Sequence record: SRR20825006_3074
DNA length: 35,587 bases
Reading direction: 5' to 3' (one strand)
Positions within the stretch are counted from its first letter, which is position 1; each line of letters begins with the position of its first letter. A program made the translations under genes and the position numbers. The notes beneath the pieces were generated by a model that was not told the DNA's origin, made no database searches, and saw only the letters and a program-made list of their open reading frames with translations. Positions 1-9,039 of this stretch are shown here, one piece after another.

Positions 1-93
1 TCCGCCACCCAGGTCGGGAAAAATCACGGCGCCTTACTTTCGCGAGCCGCTTCGGTGAACATCTTTTGGGAGACCCAAAAACAAGGAGATCGC

Positions 94-891
94 ATGGATC
101 GCGAGAGCGCACAGAAGATGTGGACTGTTGGAGACTACAACGTCGTCGCCGAGTGGATCGGGGCGGCGTCAAAGGATTGCCTGTACGACATCGACGTGGA
201 AGGAAAGCGCGTGCTGGATGTGGCGTGCGGCACGGGCACCATCGCCATCGAGGCTGCCTCGCAGGGAGCGCATGTGACAGGTGTCGACCTCACGCCGAAG
301 ATGCTCGAGATCGCACAGCATCGCGCGAACAAAGCGGGCGTGAACGTCAACTGGCAGGAAGGTTCATTCACCGACCTGGGAGGGTTGGGAAAGTTCGACC
401 TCGTGACGAGTGGTTTTGGCGTCATCTTCGCGGGCGAGCAGGCAGCCGAGGTCGCAGGTCAGCTTTTGGACGCGTGCCTGAGTGGAGGGATCGTCTCGCT
501 GACGACCTGGGACATGGGAGGCGCGTTCTCGATGCCAGCATCGCTCGTGGAGCTTTTGGGCGTGGACAATGAATATGGCCCTTCGAAGTGGGGAGACCCG
601 AAGAACGTGCGGCGGTATTTCGAGGAATCAGGTCGCGAGCATATCTTCCACGAGGAGCTCTACGATCGCGTCGAGATCAGGTTCGAGTCCGTGGAGCAAT
701 CCTTTGACAGGTTGTGCGAGGTCTCTGGGCCCTGGCAAATGCTGCTCGGGCACTTCGACAGCCAGGGTCAGGGCGAACAAGCGCGCGAGATCATCCTCGA
801 ACACCTTCGTAGTCGCGTCAGGGAGCCAGAAAGTGGCGAGGGCATCGCCTACCGGGTCGGCTACTACATCTTGCGCATCGAGGCGGTGTGA
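94..891 (+). CDS. Class I SAM-dependent methyltransferase (UbiE/Methyltransf_25-like)
   Basis: SAM motif I VLDVACGTG, GVDLTPKML, FDLVTSGFGVIF. ATG at 94 follows AAGGAG, preferred over the GTG at 55. Confidence 0.88.
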   Translation: MDRESAQKMWTVGDYNVVAEWIGAASKDCLYDIDVEGKRVLDVACGTGTIAIEAASQGAHVTGVDLTPKMLEIAQHRANKAGVNVNWQEGSFTDLGGLGKFDLVTSGFGVIFAGEQAAEVAGQLLDACLSGGIVSLTTWDMGGAFSMPASLVELLGVDNEYGPSKWGDPKNVRRYFEESGREHIFHEELYDRVEIRFESVEQSFDRLCEVSGPWQMLLGHFDSQGQGEQAREIILEHLRSRVREPESGEGIAYRVGYYILRIEAV

Positions 892-899
892 GCACCTGC

Positions 900-1742
900 T
901 CACTCCTCTTCCATCACATCCTCACCGAAGCCGAGCATACCCAGAACAGCCTGCGCGATTTCGACCGCCTGCGTCTTCTGGATGTTGTGGCCACCTTCAT
1001 CGAAGCAAAGCCTCGGGCCTTTGGGGACGCGCGCGACGAGCGGCTCGATAAACTTCGGGGGGATCACGCGATCATCTTTTGCCCACGCGACGAGCGTGGG
1101 CTGCGTCATCTGCTCGAGGTTGTGCGCGTGCGTCTCGAAGTTCTTCGCGCCCGCATCGAGCGATGAATAGATCCGCTCGTCGTCGCTCAGATAACTCGGA
1201 AACCCGGTGCGCATGAAGATGTAAGAGAGCACGGGCTTCATCAGCGCCCGCGTTGGCGCAGCGAGCAGCAACAAGTTCAACCACTTGTAGGCATCCACGG
1301 CGTAGTGTGCCATCGGCCCGGGGGGCGCGATAAACACGACATGCGAGACGCGCTCCGGGTGTGTGACGGCGAGCTGCGCGGCCACCGTGCATCCCGAGGA
1401 GTGACCCACGAGGACGACCTGTTCGAGCCCTCGCAGATCGAGGAACTCGAGCACGGCGTCGGCGCGCTCCTCGATGGTCATGGCGCGATAACCTCGGCGC
1501 TCGGACTCGCCATACCCAGGCAAATCAAGGCGGAGCAAGCGCACCCCTTTCCTGTTGCCCTTCACACCGTCGACCAACGCGGGCGCGATCCAGCGAAAGT
1601 CTCGCGAAGTTCCGGGCAGGCCGGGGATGGCGACGAGCGTCGTGGCGCCCTCTCCTTCTCCCTCCTCCGTATAAGCGAGCTTCATTTGGTTGGCGCGACG
1701 CACGTGATGGCGCGTCGGATCACTCGGTTGTTCGGGTCGCAT
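900..1742 (-). CDS. Alpha/beta fold hydrolase
   Basis: IPGLPG, DLPGYGES, nucleophile elbow GHSSG, WAKDDRVIP (Asp), GGHNI (His). ATG at 1742 follows AAGGAG. Confidence 0.88.
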   Translation of the reverse strand: MRPEQPSDPTRHHVRRANQMKLAYTEEGEGEGATTLVAIPGLPGTSRDFRWIAPALVDGVKGNRKGVRLLRLDLPGYGESERRGYRAMTIEERADAVLEFLDLRGLEQVVLVGHSSGCTVAAQLAVTHPERVSHVVFIAPPGPMAHYAVDAYKWLNLLLLAAPTRALMKPVLSYIFMRTGFPSYLSDDERIYSSLDAGAKNFETHAHNLEQMTQPTLVAWAKDDRVIPPKFIEPLVARVPKGPRLCFDEGGHNIQKTQAVEIAQAVLGMLGFGEDVMEEE

Positions 1743-1925
1743 CCTCACTCCTTTTTTTCTCACCAAAGCACTGCGCGATGCTCTACCACCAGATGTCCGT
1801 GGCCGCGAGTGGTTTCCATGCTCGAGGTGAAAACCTCGTCACCAGCGACGAAGCTGCTATGTTGAAGCCAACGCGCCTTGTTTCGATGCAAGCTGCGATG
1901 ATTTCTCGATCGAAGGTAGGAAGCC

Positions 1926-2282
1926 ATGGAAACGGAAGTGTTGGCACGACGCGCAGCGCAGCGACAACTCGACGCCTACAACGCGCATGACGTCGAGGCG
2001 TTCGTCGCATGTTACAGCGAAGATGTGGAGTTGTTTGATTTGAAGAGCGGTGAACGCACGGGACAGGGACGCGGTCAGCTTCGCGCCGACTACAAGTCGC
2101 TGTTCGCGCGCTCGCCAAATATCCACGCCAGGGTCACCACGCGAACGATCGTGGGGAACATGGTGTTTGACCACGAGATCGTCACCGGGCTCGGGCACAA
2201 CACCCCGGTGCTTTATGCGATGGCGATTTATGAGGTCGGCGAGGATGGGTTGATCCAGCGCGCCTGGTTCGTGACCGCGTGA
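1926..2282 (+). CDS. SnoaL-like / NTF2 family protein
   Basis: QRQLDAYNAHDVEAFVACYSEDV, VFDHEIVTG and AIYEVGEDGLIQRAWF are typical of the SnoaL-like fold; 118 aa. Confidence 0.85.
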   Translation: METEVLARRAAQRQLDAYNAHDVEAFVACYSEDVELFDLKSGERTGQGRGQLRADYKSLFARSPNIHARVTTRTIVGNMVFDHEIVTGLGHNTPVLYAMAIYEVGEDGLIQRAWFVTA

Positions 2283-2292
2283 AGCGCGGTCT

Positions 2293-3108
2293 TTAGCGCG
2301 TGCAGATCAAGCACGCGGCCTTGACCGAGGTCGTGAACGTGCGCTCGTGAAAGTAGGTGTCGATCGCGTCGGCGATGTAGCGCAACACGTACTCGCGATC
2401 CGCCGAGCGGATCGCGCCGAGCCATTGCGAGAAGAAGGTCTCGTGAAGCAGCGGTGACATCAACACATCACGGCCCGAGTCGAAGGCGACCTCCCAGGAG
2501 GCGACCCCGATCGAGAGATCGTGTAGGCCGAGCTCTCGGGCGCTAGCGAGCAGGACGTTCTCACGCAAGAACGTCTCGCGAAGATCGAGGAGGCGTTTGG
2601 CGACGTCATCGAGTTTGTGAGCGCGCAGCGCCTCGTCGAACATATCGTACATCTCGGGGAAGCTCTCCATGGTCGGCACAGCGAGCAGGAGTTTTCCGCC
2701 CGGCTCGACCACGCGCGCGAGCTCGGCGAGCCCCTCCTGGAGTTGCAGCCGGGTGGAGACGCCGTTGAGACATACCGCGCCCTTGAAGACGCCATCGGCG
2801 TAGGAGAGCTTGTTGATCCTCTGGGGCACGAAGAAGATGCGCCGCTGCAAGTCCTCGTCGATGCGCTGGCGCGCCTGATCGAGCATCGAGCGCGAAGGAT
2901 CGAGCGCGATGATACGCGTCGACTCTCCGAGTTGGTGCACCCATTTGGATGGGATGTATCCACAGCGCGCCTCGGCGACGAGCACGGTCGAGCCCTGGGC
3001 CGCGGGGAACTCGTCGAGGTATGCGTCGACGAGCGGCTCGGTCCAGAGCTTCTCCATGATCGCCTTGTGCGCGACCGCCTCTTGATGTTCGTTGAGACGA
3101 ACTTTCAT
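2293..3108 (-). CDS. Class I SAM-dependent methyltransferase-like protein with degenerate motif I
   Basis: IIALDPSRSMLDQAR, LSYADGVF, LAELARVVEPGGKLLL. Motif I reads VLVAEARCGY. ATGA overlap with the thiL stop. Confidence 0.75.
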   Translation of the reverse strand: MKVRLNEHQEAVAHKAIMEKLWTEPLVDAYLDEFPAAQGSTVLVAEARCGYIPSKWVHQLGESTRIIALDPSRSMLDQARQRIDEDLQRRIFFVPQRINKLSYADGVFKGAVCLNGVSTRLQLQEGLAELARVVEPGGKLLLAVPTMESFPEMYDMFDEALRAHKLDDVAKRLLDLRETFLRENVLLASARELGLHDLSIGVASWEVAFDSGRDVLMSPLLHETFFSQWLGAIRSADREYVLRYIADAIDTYFHERTFTTSVKAACLICTR

Positions 3109-4118
3109 CCAGGCTCCCCACCGTCAAAGTGTCGGTAGCCGGACTTCTCGAGTTCGATAAGTTCACCGCGAGGATCGAGCAGACGCAACCCTTCATTGCG
3201 GTCACGCACCTCGCCGATATCGTAGACATCCCACTGATAACGTCTGGCGAGCTCCCAGAGCTTGGGCATGCGCGCGGGAGGGACCGTCATCAAGAGCTCG
3301 TAGTCATCCCCGCCGGACAACATCCAGGGCAGGAGATCCACGCCGGTGGCCTCGTGCAAGGCGACGAGCTCGGGGTGACGCGGGAGGCCATGGGTTTCGA
3401 TCGCGGCCCCGACGCGAGAGCTGGTGAGGATGTGTTGCAGATCCTGCGCGAGCCCATCGCTGATATCGATCAGACTGGATGGGATGCCGTGCAAACCGAG
3501 CATGGCGCCAGCATGTACCCTTGGCATCGGGCGCCGATGCGCCTTTAGCAGCGAAGGGAAATCACTCGCGTCGACCTCGACCTCACCGGACAGGATCGCC
3601 AACCCGGCGGCGCTCATCCCGACAGCACCGAGCAAGATCACGCGATCACCAGGGACCGCGCCTCGCCGGAGCACCGGACCAGCGGGAGAGGACTCCCCGA
3701 GCAACGTGATCGAGATCACGAGCGGGCCATCGATGCGGGTGACATCGCCACCGCCGACGGATACCTGGAAGCTGTCCGGGACAAGCTCGTCGCACGCCTG
3801 CTTCATCCCCTGCAAGATCCCCTGGAGGAACTCGAAGTCCTCGTCCTCGGGGATGCACAGGCTCAGGATAAAGACCCCAGGGCCGCCGCCCATGGCGGCG
3901 ACATCGCTGAGGTTGGTCGCGAGCGCCTTCCACCCGATGTCCTCGGCCGAGCTGTAGCTGCGATCGAAGTGAACCCCCTCGACCAGCGTATCCGCGGTGA
4001 CGAGATCAAAACGTCCGGGATCGAGCACGGCGCCATCATCACCGATGCCGAGCGTGACGCCTTCAGGGGTGTCGAAGAGGGACGCGATATGCGCGATGAG
4101 ATCGAACTCCGAGATCAT
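3105..4118 (-). CDS. thiL: Thiamine-monophosphate kinase
   Basis: EFDLI, GIGDDGA, DTLVEGVHF, IGWKALATNLSDVAAMGG, GGDV, IDISDGLAQDL, GGDDYELL, GYRHF. Confidence 0.96.
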   Translation of the reverse strand: MISEFDLIAHIASLFDTPEGVTLGIGDDGAVLDPGRFDLVTADTLVEGVHFDRSYSSAEDIGWKALATNLSDVAAMGGGPGVFILSLCIPEDEDFEFLQGILQGMKQACDELVPDSFQVSVGGGDVTRIDGPLVISITLLGESSPAGPVLRRGAVPGDRVILLGAVGMSAAGLAILSGEVEVDASDFPSLLKAHRRPMPRVHAGAMLGLHGIPSSLIDISDGLAQDLQHILTSSRVGAAIETHGLPRHPELVALHEATGVDLLPWMLSGGDDYELLMTVPPARMPKLWELARRYQWDVYDIGEVRDRNEGLRLLDPRGELIELEKSGYRHFDGGEPG

Positions 4119-4193
4119 CAATACAAGCTTCCTAGCTCGAGCATGCCACTCGAATCGTGGCGGGTGTAGGACCCCAGCTTAAAGGGGAAAGTA

Positions 4194-5081
4194 TTAACCG
4201 CAATTATTCATGAAGATGAACAGAAACAACAAGAAGATCCCGATCCAGAAGATGACCGTCGCGCCGACAATCGCCGCGCGCGTTTTCGCGACCCCTTCGC
4301 CGAACTGTTGAGCGCTGGCCTCGGCCTGTGCTCTGGCGACGACCACGCGAGATTGCATCATCGACACGAGTTCTTGCAAGTGTGCGACGGCGCGCCTGTC
4401 TTCTGGATGTTCGGCGAGCCGAAAGCGAAGCAGGCGAATCCCCAGCTCGTAGAGCTTCTCCTCGCGCACGAAGGCGGCGAAGTTATCGAGCCGCTCCTCG
4501 CTCCATTGCTCGCTGACCGAGGCCCACAACAACATCGCTTGCTCGAACGCGGCCTCCTGCCCTTTCGGAGGACGCTCCCAGGGAGCGTCCCCTTCGGCGT
4601 AGCGATGAGACTCGGCGATATCGAGACCACAGCGGCGGCAATTGGTGTCCGAAGGATCGAGCAAATGCGCACATTTGCGGCAGCGCGCCCCCTCGCCCTG
4701 TTCCGGGATCAGACGCTCCATCATCTTCTCCGAGATCTCCTCGATGTAGGAGGCCTCGGACTGCCTGTTGCGCGCCTTCTCGGCGTTGGCGAAGGCGCGC
4801 GCGCGATCGATGTCGATCTCACCAGACTTCCTGAAGCCACCGACCGAGGCAGCCTCGGCTGGCGCCGCCGCGAGCGACGGCTCGGCTCGCTTTGGCCTTG
4901 CTTCAGCGGGCGACGCGGTCGAAGCAGATGCAGGTCGCGTGGACTCCTCACCTTGCGTCGCGCCGACGTCGAGAGGATTGGCGTGTCCGCAGTTTGCACA
5001 GATCAACTCGACACCGGAAGTGGTGGGTCGCACCTCAGCCGCGGGACCGATATGTTGGCAATTCTTGCAGCGGATATCCAA
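4194..5081 (-). CDS. Hypothetical protein with two zinc-ribbon motifs and a C-terminal transmembrane helix
   Basis: CKNC..CANC and CRKC..CRRC pairs, Ala/Pro/Glu-rich linker, hydrophobic tail IVGATVIFWIGIFLLFLFIFM. TTG start after GAGGAG. Confidence 0.75.
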   Translation of the reverse strand: MDIRCKNCQHIGPAAEVRPTTSGVELICANCGHANPLDVGATQGEESTRPASASTASPAEARPKRAEPSLAAAPAEAASVGGFRKSGEIDIDRARAFANAEKARNRQSEASYIEEISEKMMERLIPEQGEGARCRKCAHLLDPSDTNCRRCGLDIAESHRYAEGDAPWERPPKGQEAAFEQAMLLWASVSEQWSEERLDNFAAFVREEKLYELGIRLLRFRLAEHPEDRRAVAHLQELVSMMQSRVVVARAQAEASAQQFGEGVAKTRAAIVGATVIFWIGIFLLFLFIFMNNCG

Positions 5082-5240
5082 ACGTTACTCCTCGAGTCAT
5101 CCAGAGGAAGACTTTCACACCAGACCGGCGAGGGGTTCACACGAGCCATCGCAGATCATCTCGGCATGAAGCTGTCGTTCAAATTGTCATGGGAGGGCAT
5201 CGGGGGCAAGTCTCCAGACTCGCAAGAACAGCGCGCTGGC

Positions 5241-6218
5241 CTACTGAAGGTAGCCAAGGAGCGCGTCGAGCAACGTCGGCCCCACGATCGGCTGCGGCGT
5301 GAAGGTCAGCACGAACATCACCAGCGAGGCGATCGCCAGCCAGAGATCCTTCCCTCTGACAAAGCCACCTCGAATAATATCCGGGTGCTCGGGGCGCATC
5401 CTCCAGAGCAGCGCGGCGAGCAACAACCAACCGGGGAAACCGACCACTCCCGCCACGATCAAGGCGTAGAAGAAGAATGGCGCCACGCGGTTAAACCGCT
5501 CCCCGAAGACGCTGTAGGCGATATGCCCGCCGTCGAGTTGCCCGATGGGCAAGAGGTTAAACGCGGTCAAGAAGCCACCTGTCCACCCCGCCATCGCGAC
5601 AGGGTGCAAGAAGACATCGTGCCCCTCGGGGATATTCGGGAAGAAGATCGCCTCGCCGAGCAACAACAACAGCGTATCGCCAAGGCGCATGACCCCCTCG
5701 ACATCCTGCTCGGCGGGCAAGGGACGCACATCCGAGAGCGCGTACCCGAGCATCAGCACGGGCACCGTGACGATAAAGCCAGCGAGCGGCCCCCAGGCGC
5801 CAATATCGAGGAGTTTCTTCGCGCCGAGCGGACGCAGCTCCATGCGTATGAACGCGCCGAACGTGCCCATCAACGGAATCACTCCGACGAATGGGATCGG
5901 CAGCCCGGGCAGGAAATATGGGGGTGAGACGGGCACCTTGTGCTTGAGCGCCCAGAGATAATGGCCCATCTCGTGGGCGAAGATGATCGCCATCACCGCC
6001 ACAGAGAAGCTCGCGCCGCGCATGACGAGCGCGCCATCCTTCCAGGTCTCCAGCGCGAAGGGATCTCCCTCGGCGAACACGATCCCTGCCAGCAGCGTCG
6101 TCCCGCACGCCAGGAAAAAGAGGAGTATATGAACCCACCAACGCACCGGCATGGCCTCGTCCCATGACCACTCGAGGTCATCGGGGCTCTGGCTCGAGCG
6201 CACTTCGGGATCAGACAT
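5241..6218 (-). CDS. Site-2 protease family (peptidase M50) intramembrane zinc metalloprotease
   Basis: HEMGH zinc motif, GTFGAFIR, GPLAG, NLLPIGQLDGGHI; multiple TM segments. Confidence 0.93.
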   Translation of the reverse strand: MSDPEVRSSQSPDDLEWSWDEAMPVRWWVHILLFFLACGTTLLAGIVFAEGDPFALETWKDGALVMRGASFSVAVMAIIFAHEMGHYLWALKHKVPVSPPYFLPGLPIPFVGVIPLMGTFGAFIRMELRPLGAKKLLDIGAWGPLAGFIVTVPVLMLGYALSDVRPLPAEQDVEGVMRLGDTLLLLLGEAIFFPNIPEGHDVFLHPVAMAGWTGGFLTAFNLLPIGQLDGGHIAYSVFGERFNRVAPFFFYALIVAGVVGFPGWLLLAALLWRMRPEHPDIIRGGFVRGKDLWLAIASLVMFVLTFTPQPIVGPTLLDALLGYLQ

Positions 6219-6284
6219 GAGAGCAACCTGTTCGCGAGAATCATTCAGCAGCGTGGCCGTGCAAGCATAAACACCAACCCCGCA

Positions 6285-7565
6285 TCAGTCGACGAGCATC
6301 ACCGCGCCATCCACATCGAAGCGATAGAGCGAGAGCCCACGCGTCGGCGTCCCTCGCGCGTCGAAGGCCCAGTCTCCACAGACACCGCGCCATGGTCGCT
6401 TTGGCCCTGGCAAATCCGCGACGATCTTCGTCCGCACCGCGCGGATATCAGGCTTGCCCGTGAGCGACCAGTGCTTGCTCGCGGTGCGCGCGAGCAGTGA
6501 GATCGCGTCGAACACCTCGGCCTCGAGATCCACGGGGCGGCGGCCTGTGTTGCTCTCGAAGAGGAGCGCGAACTCCTCGGCGCGGCCGCCTGTGTTTTCT
6601 CCGCCATAAGGATCGAAGTAGAGCGCTCCCGCCGCGTGCGCCCTGGTCAGCCGCATCTGCTCGCCATGCCATCCAGGCATCCCCAACAGCTGCACGGCGA
6701 CGCCCTTCCCTCCCGCGCCAGATTGCATCCCCGCCGTCGAGAGCAGCGGCAGGATCTTCGAGACGCGCGTGTGGAAGTCGGGGATAAACAGCGCCTGGAA
6801 GTCGACCCCCTTGCCGCGCGCTGGCGCCCCTTTGAGCGAGACGTAGCCATCGCGGTCACCGCGCCGACCATCGACCTTGACGCCGCGTCCGACCCAGAGC
6901 TTTCGACCGACGAGCTCCTCGAGTGGTTTTCGAAAATCCTCGAGCTCGGGGCTGTAGCGCACCGCGGCGGCGATCTTCTTTTTTTGCTCGGTGAAGGTCT
7001 GAACAAACGCGAGCGCAGCCTGGTCGCCATAGTCATTGCCAGGGAACATCACCGCGGCGGTGTCGATCTCGAGCTTGGTGGCGGCTTCTCGGGCGATCAT
7101 CGCGCCGAGCTCTCCTGGAGAGAGCCTGAGGCGAAAGACCCAGTTGGAGACAAACTCGGTGCGTTCGACGCTCGCGAGCATGAGCAATGGGACAGCAGCG
7201 TGGCTCGCGCGCGCGGCGGCGGCTCTGGATGTCCGCGCGCCGAGCGGGCCGATAATGCCCACGAGCCTAGGGTCGCTGGCGAGCTTCGCGACCGCAGCGC
7301 TTGCCTTGCCTGGATCGCTGGCGGAGTCGACCACTTCGAGGTCGACGCGTGCATCCTTTGCCGCGAGCGTCGCCGCGTCGACGAGTTGCTCGCCGACCGC
7401 GCCGAGTTCACCCGAGAGCGGGACGAGCAACCCGATGAGAGGGAGCGTGCGTGTTGTATCGAGAGGTTGTGCGAACGCAGACCCGGGGCTCAACCCCAGC
7501 GCGGAGGCGCCGAGGAGCATGCGCGAGAGCAACGCGCGGCGGGTCAGGCGATCGTCGGAAAACAT
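6285..7565 (-). CDS. Periplasmic binding protein type 1 fold protein (LpoA C-domain / LivJ-like) with twin-arginine signal
   Basis: TRRALL followed by a hydrophobic stretch and AFA cleavage site; IGLLVPLSG, IIGPL, VFRL, NDYG, FQALFIPD, GVCGDWAFD. Start overlaps the dnaJ stop (TGATG). Confidence 0.8.
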   Translation of the reverse strand: MFSDDRLTRRALLSRMLLGASALGLSPGSAFAQPLDTTRTLPLIGLLVPLSGELGAVGEQLVDAATLAAKDARVDLEVVDSASDPGKASAAVAKLASDPRLVGIIGPLGARTSRAAAARASHAAVPLLMLASVERTEFVSNWVFRLRLSPGELGAMIAREAATKLEIDTAAVMFPGNDYGDQAALAFVQTFTEQKKKIAAAVRYSPELEDFRKPLEELVGRKLWVGRGVKVDGRRGDRDGYVSLKGAPARGKGVDFQALFIPDFHTRVSKILPLLSTAGMQSGAGGKGVAVQLLGMPGWHGEQMRLTRAHAAGALYFDPYGGENTGGRAEEFALLFESNTGRRPVDLEAEVFDAISLLARTASKHWSLTGKPDIRAVRTKIVADLPGPKRPWRGVCGDWAFDARGTPTRGLSLYRFDVDGAVMLVD

Positions 7566-8698
7566 CAGTCGAAGATGTCCTTGAGGCGCTGGAAGAAGGA
7601 GCGCTTCTCGGGGTGGACATCATCGCCGCTGAGTTCAGCGAACTGCACGAGCAGTTCGCGCTGCTCCTCATCGAGGTTGACGGGGGTCTCGATGACCACC
7701 TCGACGAGCTGATCGCCGCGAGAGGAACCTCCATCGAGGCCAGGGAAGCCCTTGCCACGCAGGCGGAAGATCTTTCCAGTCTGGGTTCCCGCGGGGATGT
7801 TCATCTTGACCTTACCATCGAGCGTGGGGACCTCGACCTTGCCGCCGAGCGCGGCCTGGGTGAAGCTGATCGGCACCACGCAGATGATGTTCTTGTTGTC
7901 GCGCTCGAAGAGCGTGTGATCCTCGAGGCGCACGACGATGTAGAGGTCTCCGGGAGGGCCTCCCTGCTCGCCAGGGGCGCCCTTGCCAACCCAACGGAGT
8001 TGTTGGCCATCGGAGATGCCCGCGGGGATGTCGATCTCGAGCATCTCCATCTCGCGCTGGTGCCCCTTTCCATCGCAAGTCTTGCAAGGATCGGTGATGA
8101 TGGTCCCATCGCCATCACATCTGGGGCAGGTGCGCTGCATGGTGAAGAAGCCCTGCTGCTGGCGCACGACGCCAGCGCCAGCACACATGGTGCAGGTCTG
8201 AGGCTTGGTGCCTTCCGCAGCGCCGGTGCCATCACAGGTCTCGCAGTCCTTGTAGGTCGGGACTTCGATCTCGCGCTTGGCGCCAGCGGCGACCTCCTGG
8301 AAGGTGACCTCGAGCTCCATCTGGAAGTTCGCGCCACGGCGTCCGCGACCTGCGCCGCCAAAACCACCGAAGCCACCGCCACCGCCGCCACCGAAGACGC
8401 TGTTGATCACGTCGAACAGGTCGCCAAAGCCACCCGCGCCGCCGCCAAAGCCTCCAGGACCGCCGGCGCCAAAGGGGTTGCCATTGGTCGATCCGAAGCG
8501 GTCGTAAGCCTGACGCTTTTCGGGGTCGCTCAGGACCTCATAGGCGGTGCTGATCTTTTTGAACTTCTCTTCGGCTTCAGGATTGTCAGGGTTGCGATCA
8601 GGGTGCCACTCCTTGGCCAATTTCCTGTATGCACTCTTGAGCTCTTGTGCAGAGGCGTCCTTGTTAACGCCCAGAACTTCGTACAAATCCGCTGCCAT
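7565..8698 (-). CDS. dnaJ: Class A DnaJ co-chaperone
   Basis: J domain with HPD, G/F-rich region, four CxxCxGxG repeats ([32 protein letters not shown]), C-terminal GDLYIV and [14 protein letters not shown]. Confidence 0.98.
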   Translation of the reverse strand: MAADLYEVLGVNKDASAQELKSAYRKLAKEWHPDRNPDNPEAEEKFKKISTAYEVLSDPEKRQAYDRFGSTNGNPFGAGGPGGFGGGAGGFGDLFDVINSVFGGGGGGGFGGFGGAGRGRRGANFQMELEVTFQEVAAGAKREIEVPTYKDCETCDGTGAAEGTKPQTCTMCAGAGVVRQQQGFFTMQRTCPRCDGDGTIITDPCKTCDGKGHQREMEMLEIDIPAGISDGQQLRWVGKGAPGEQGGPPGDLYIVVRLEDHTLFERDNKNIICVVPISFTQAALGGKVEVPTLDGKVKMNIPAGTQTGKIFRLRGKGFPGLDGGSSRGDQLVEVVIETPVNLDEEQRELLVQFAELSGDDVHPEKRSFFQRLKDIFD

Positions 8699-8886
8699 CT
8701 CACATCCTCACTGCCACGCGTTCTCATCATCCGCGGCATCTTCGACTTTATGCCTGAAACATTTTGCTCGCACTCTTCGAAGGCCCATTCCAGGGAACCT
8801 CGGGCGAAGCTCTCGTTCCGGTATGATTTCGTCTCGAAGGCGTGACGCCTCTTCTTCGAGGGGGCACGCCAAATCATTTCGAGCAA

Positions 8887-8915
8887 ACATGGGACCGGAA
8901 GGTTGGAACGTCAAC
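8887..8915 (-). promoter_or_regulatory. Possible sigma32(RpoH)-like promoter upstream of dnaJ
   Basis: Minus strand reads GTTGACG-N15-CCCATGT, resembling CTTGAA-N13..17-CCCCATNT. Pattern match only. Confidence 0.35.
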
Positions 8916-8974
8916 TCTGCGAGAAGACGTCGAGATCCCGGTCCGGGTAGTCGCAAACTTTGAGCCAAACGTCA

Positions 8975-9011
8975 AGCGGAGCGCGGTGAGTCCAGCTCAC
9001 CGCGCTCCGCT
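8975..9011. repeat. Perfect 16-bp inverted repeat 28 nt downstream of the dnaK stop (mRNA-stabilising hairpin or atypical terminator)
   Basis: AGCGGAGCGCGGTGAG-TCCAG-CTCACCGCGCTCCGCT; no clean U-tract. Confidence 0.75.
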
Positions 9012-9039
9012 ATATGATTTCGAGGCTCACGCCGGGCGC

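Noticed and set aside
4308-8845. Long plus-strand ORFs (4308-5927, 6636-7712, 7451-8845) opposite real genes
   Set aside because: Stop-poor shadow frames expected at high GC; they overlap well-supported minus-strand genes and show no protein-family motifs.
8708-8968. 86-aa ORF in the dnaK-dnaJ gap
   Set aside because: TTG start with no RBS, atypical composition, and overlap with a promoter-like motif and hairpins. It is better explained as a non-coding leader, though a small peptide cannot be excluded.
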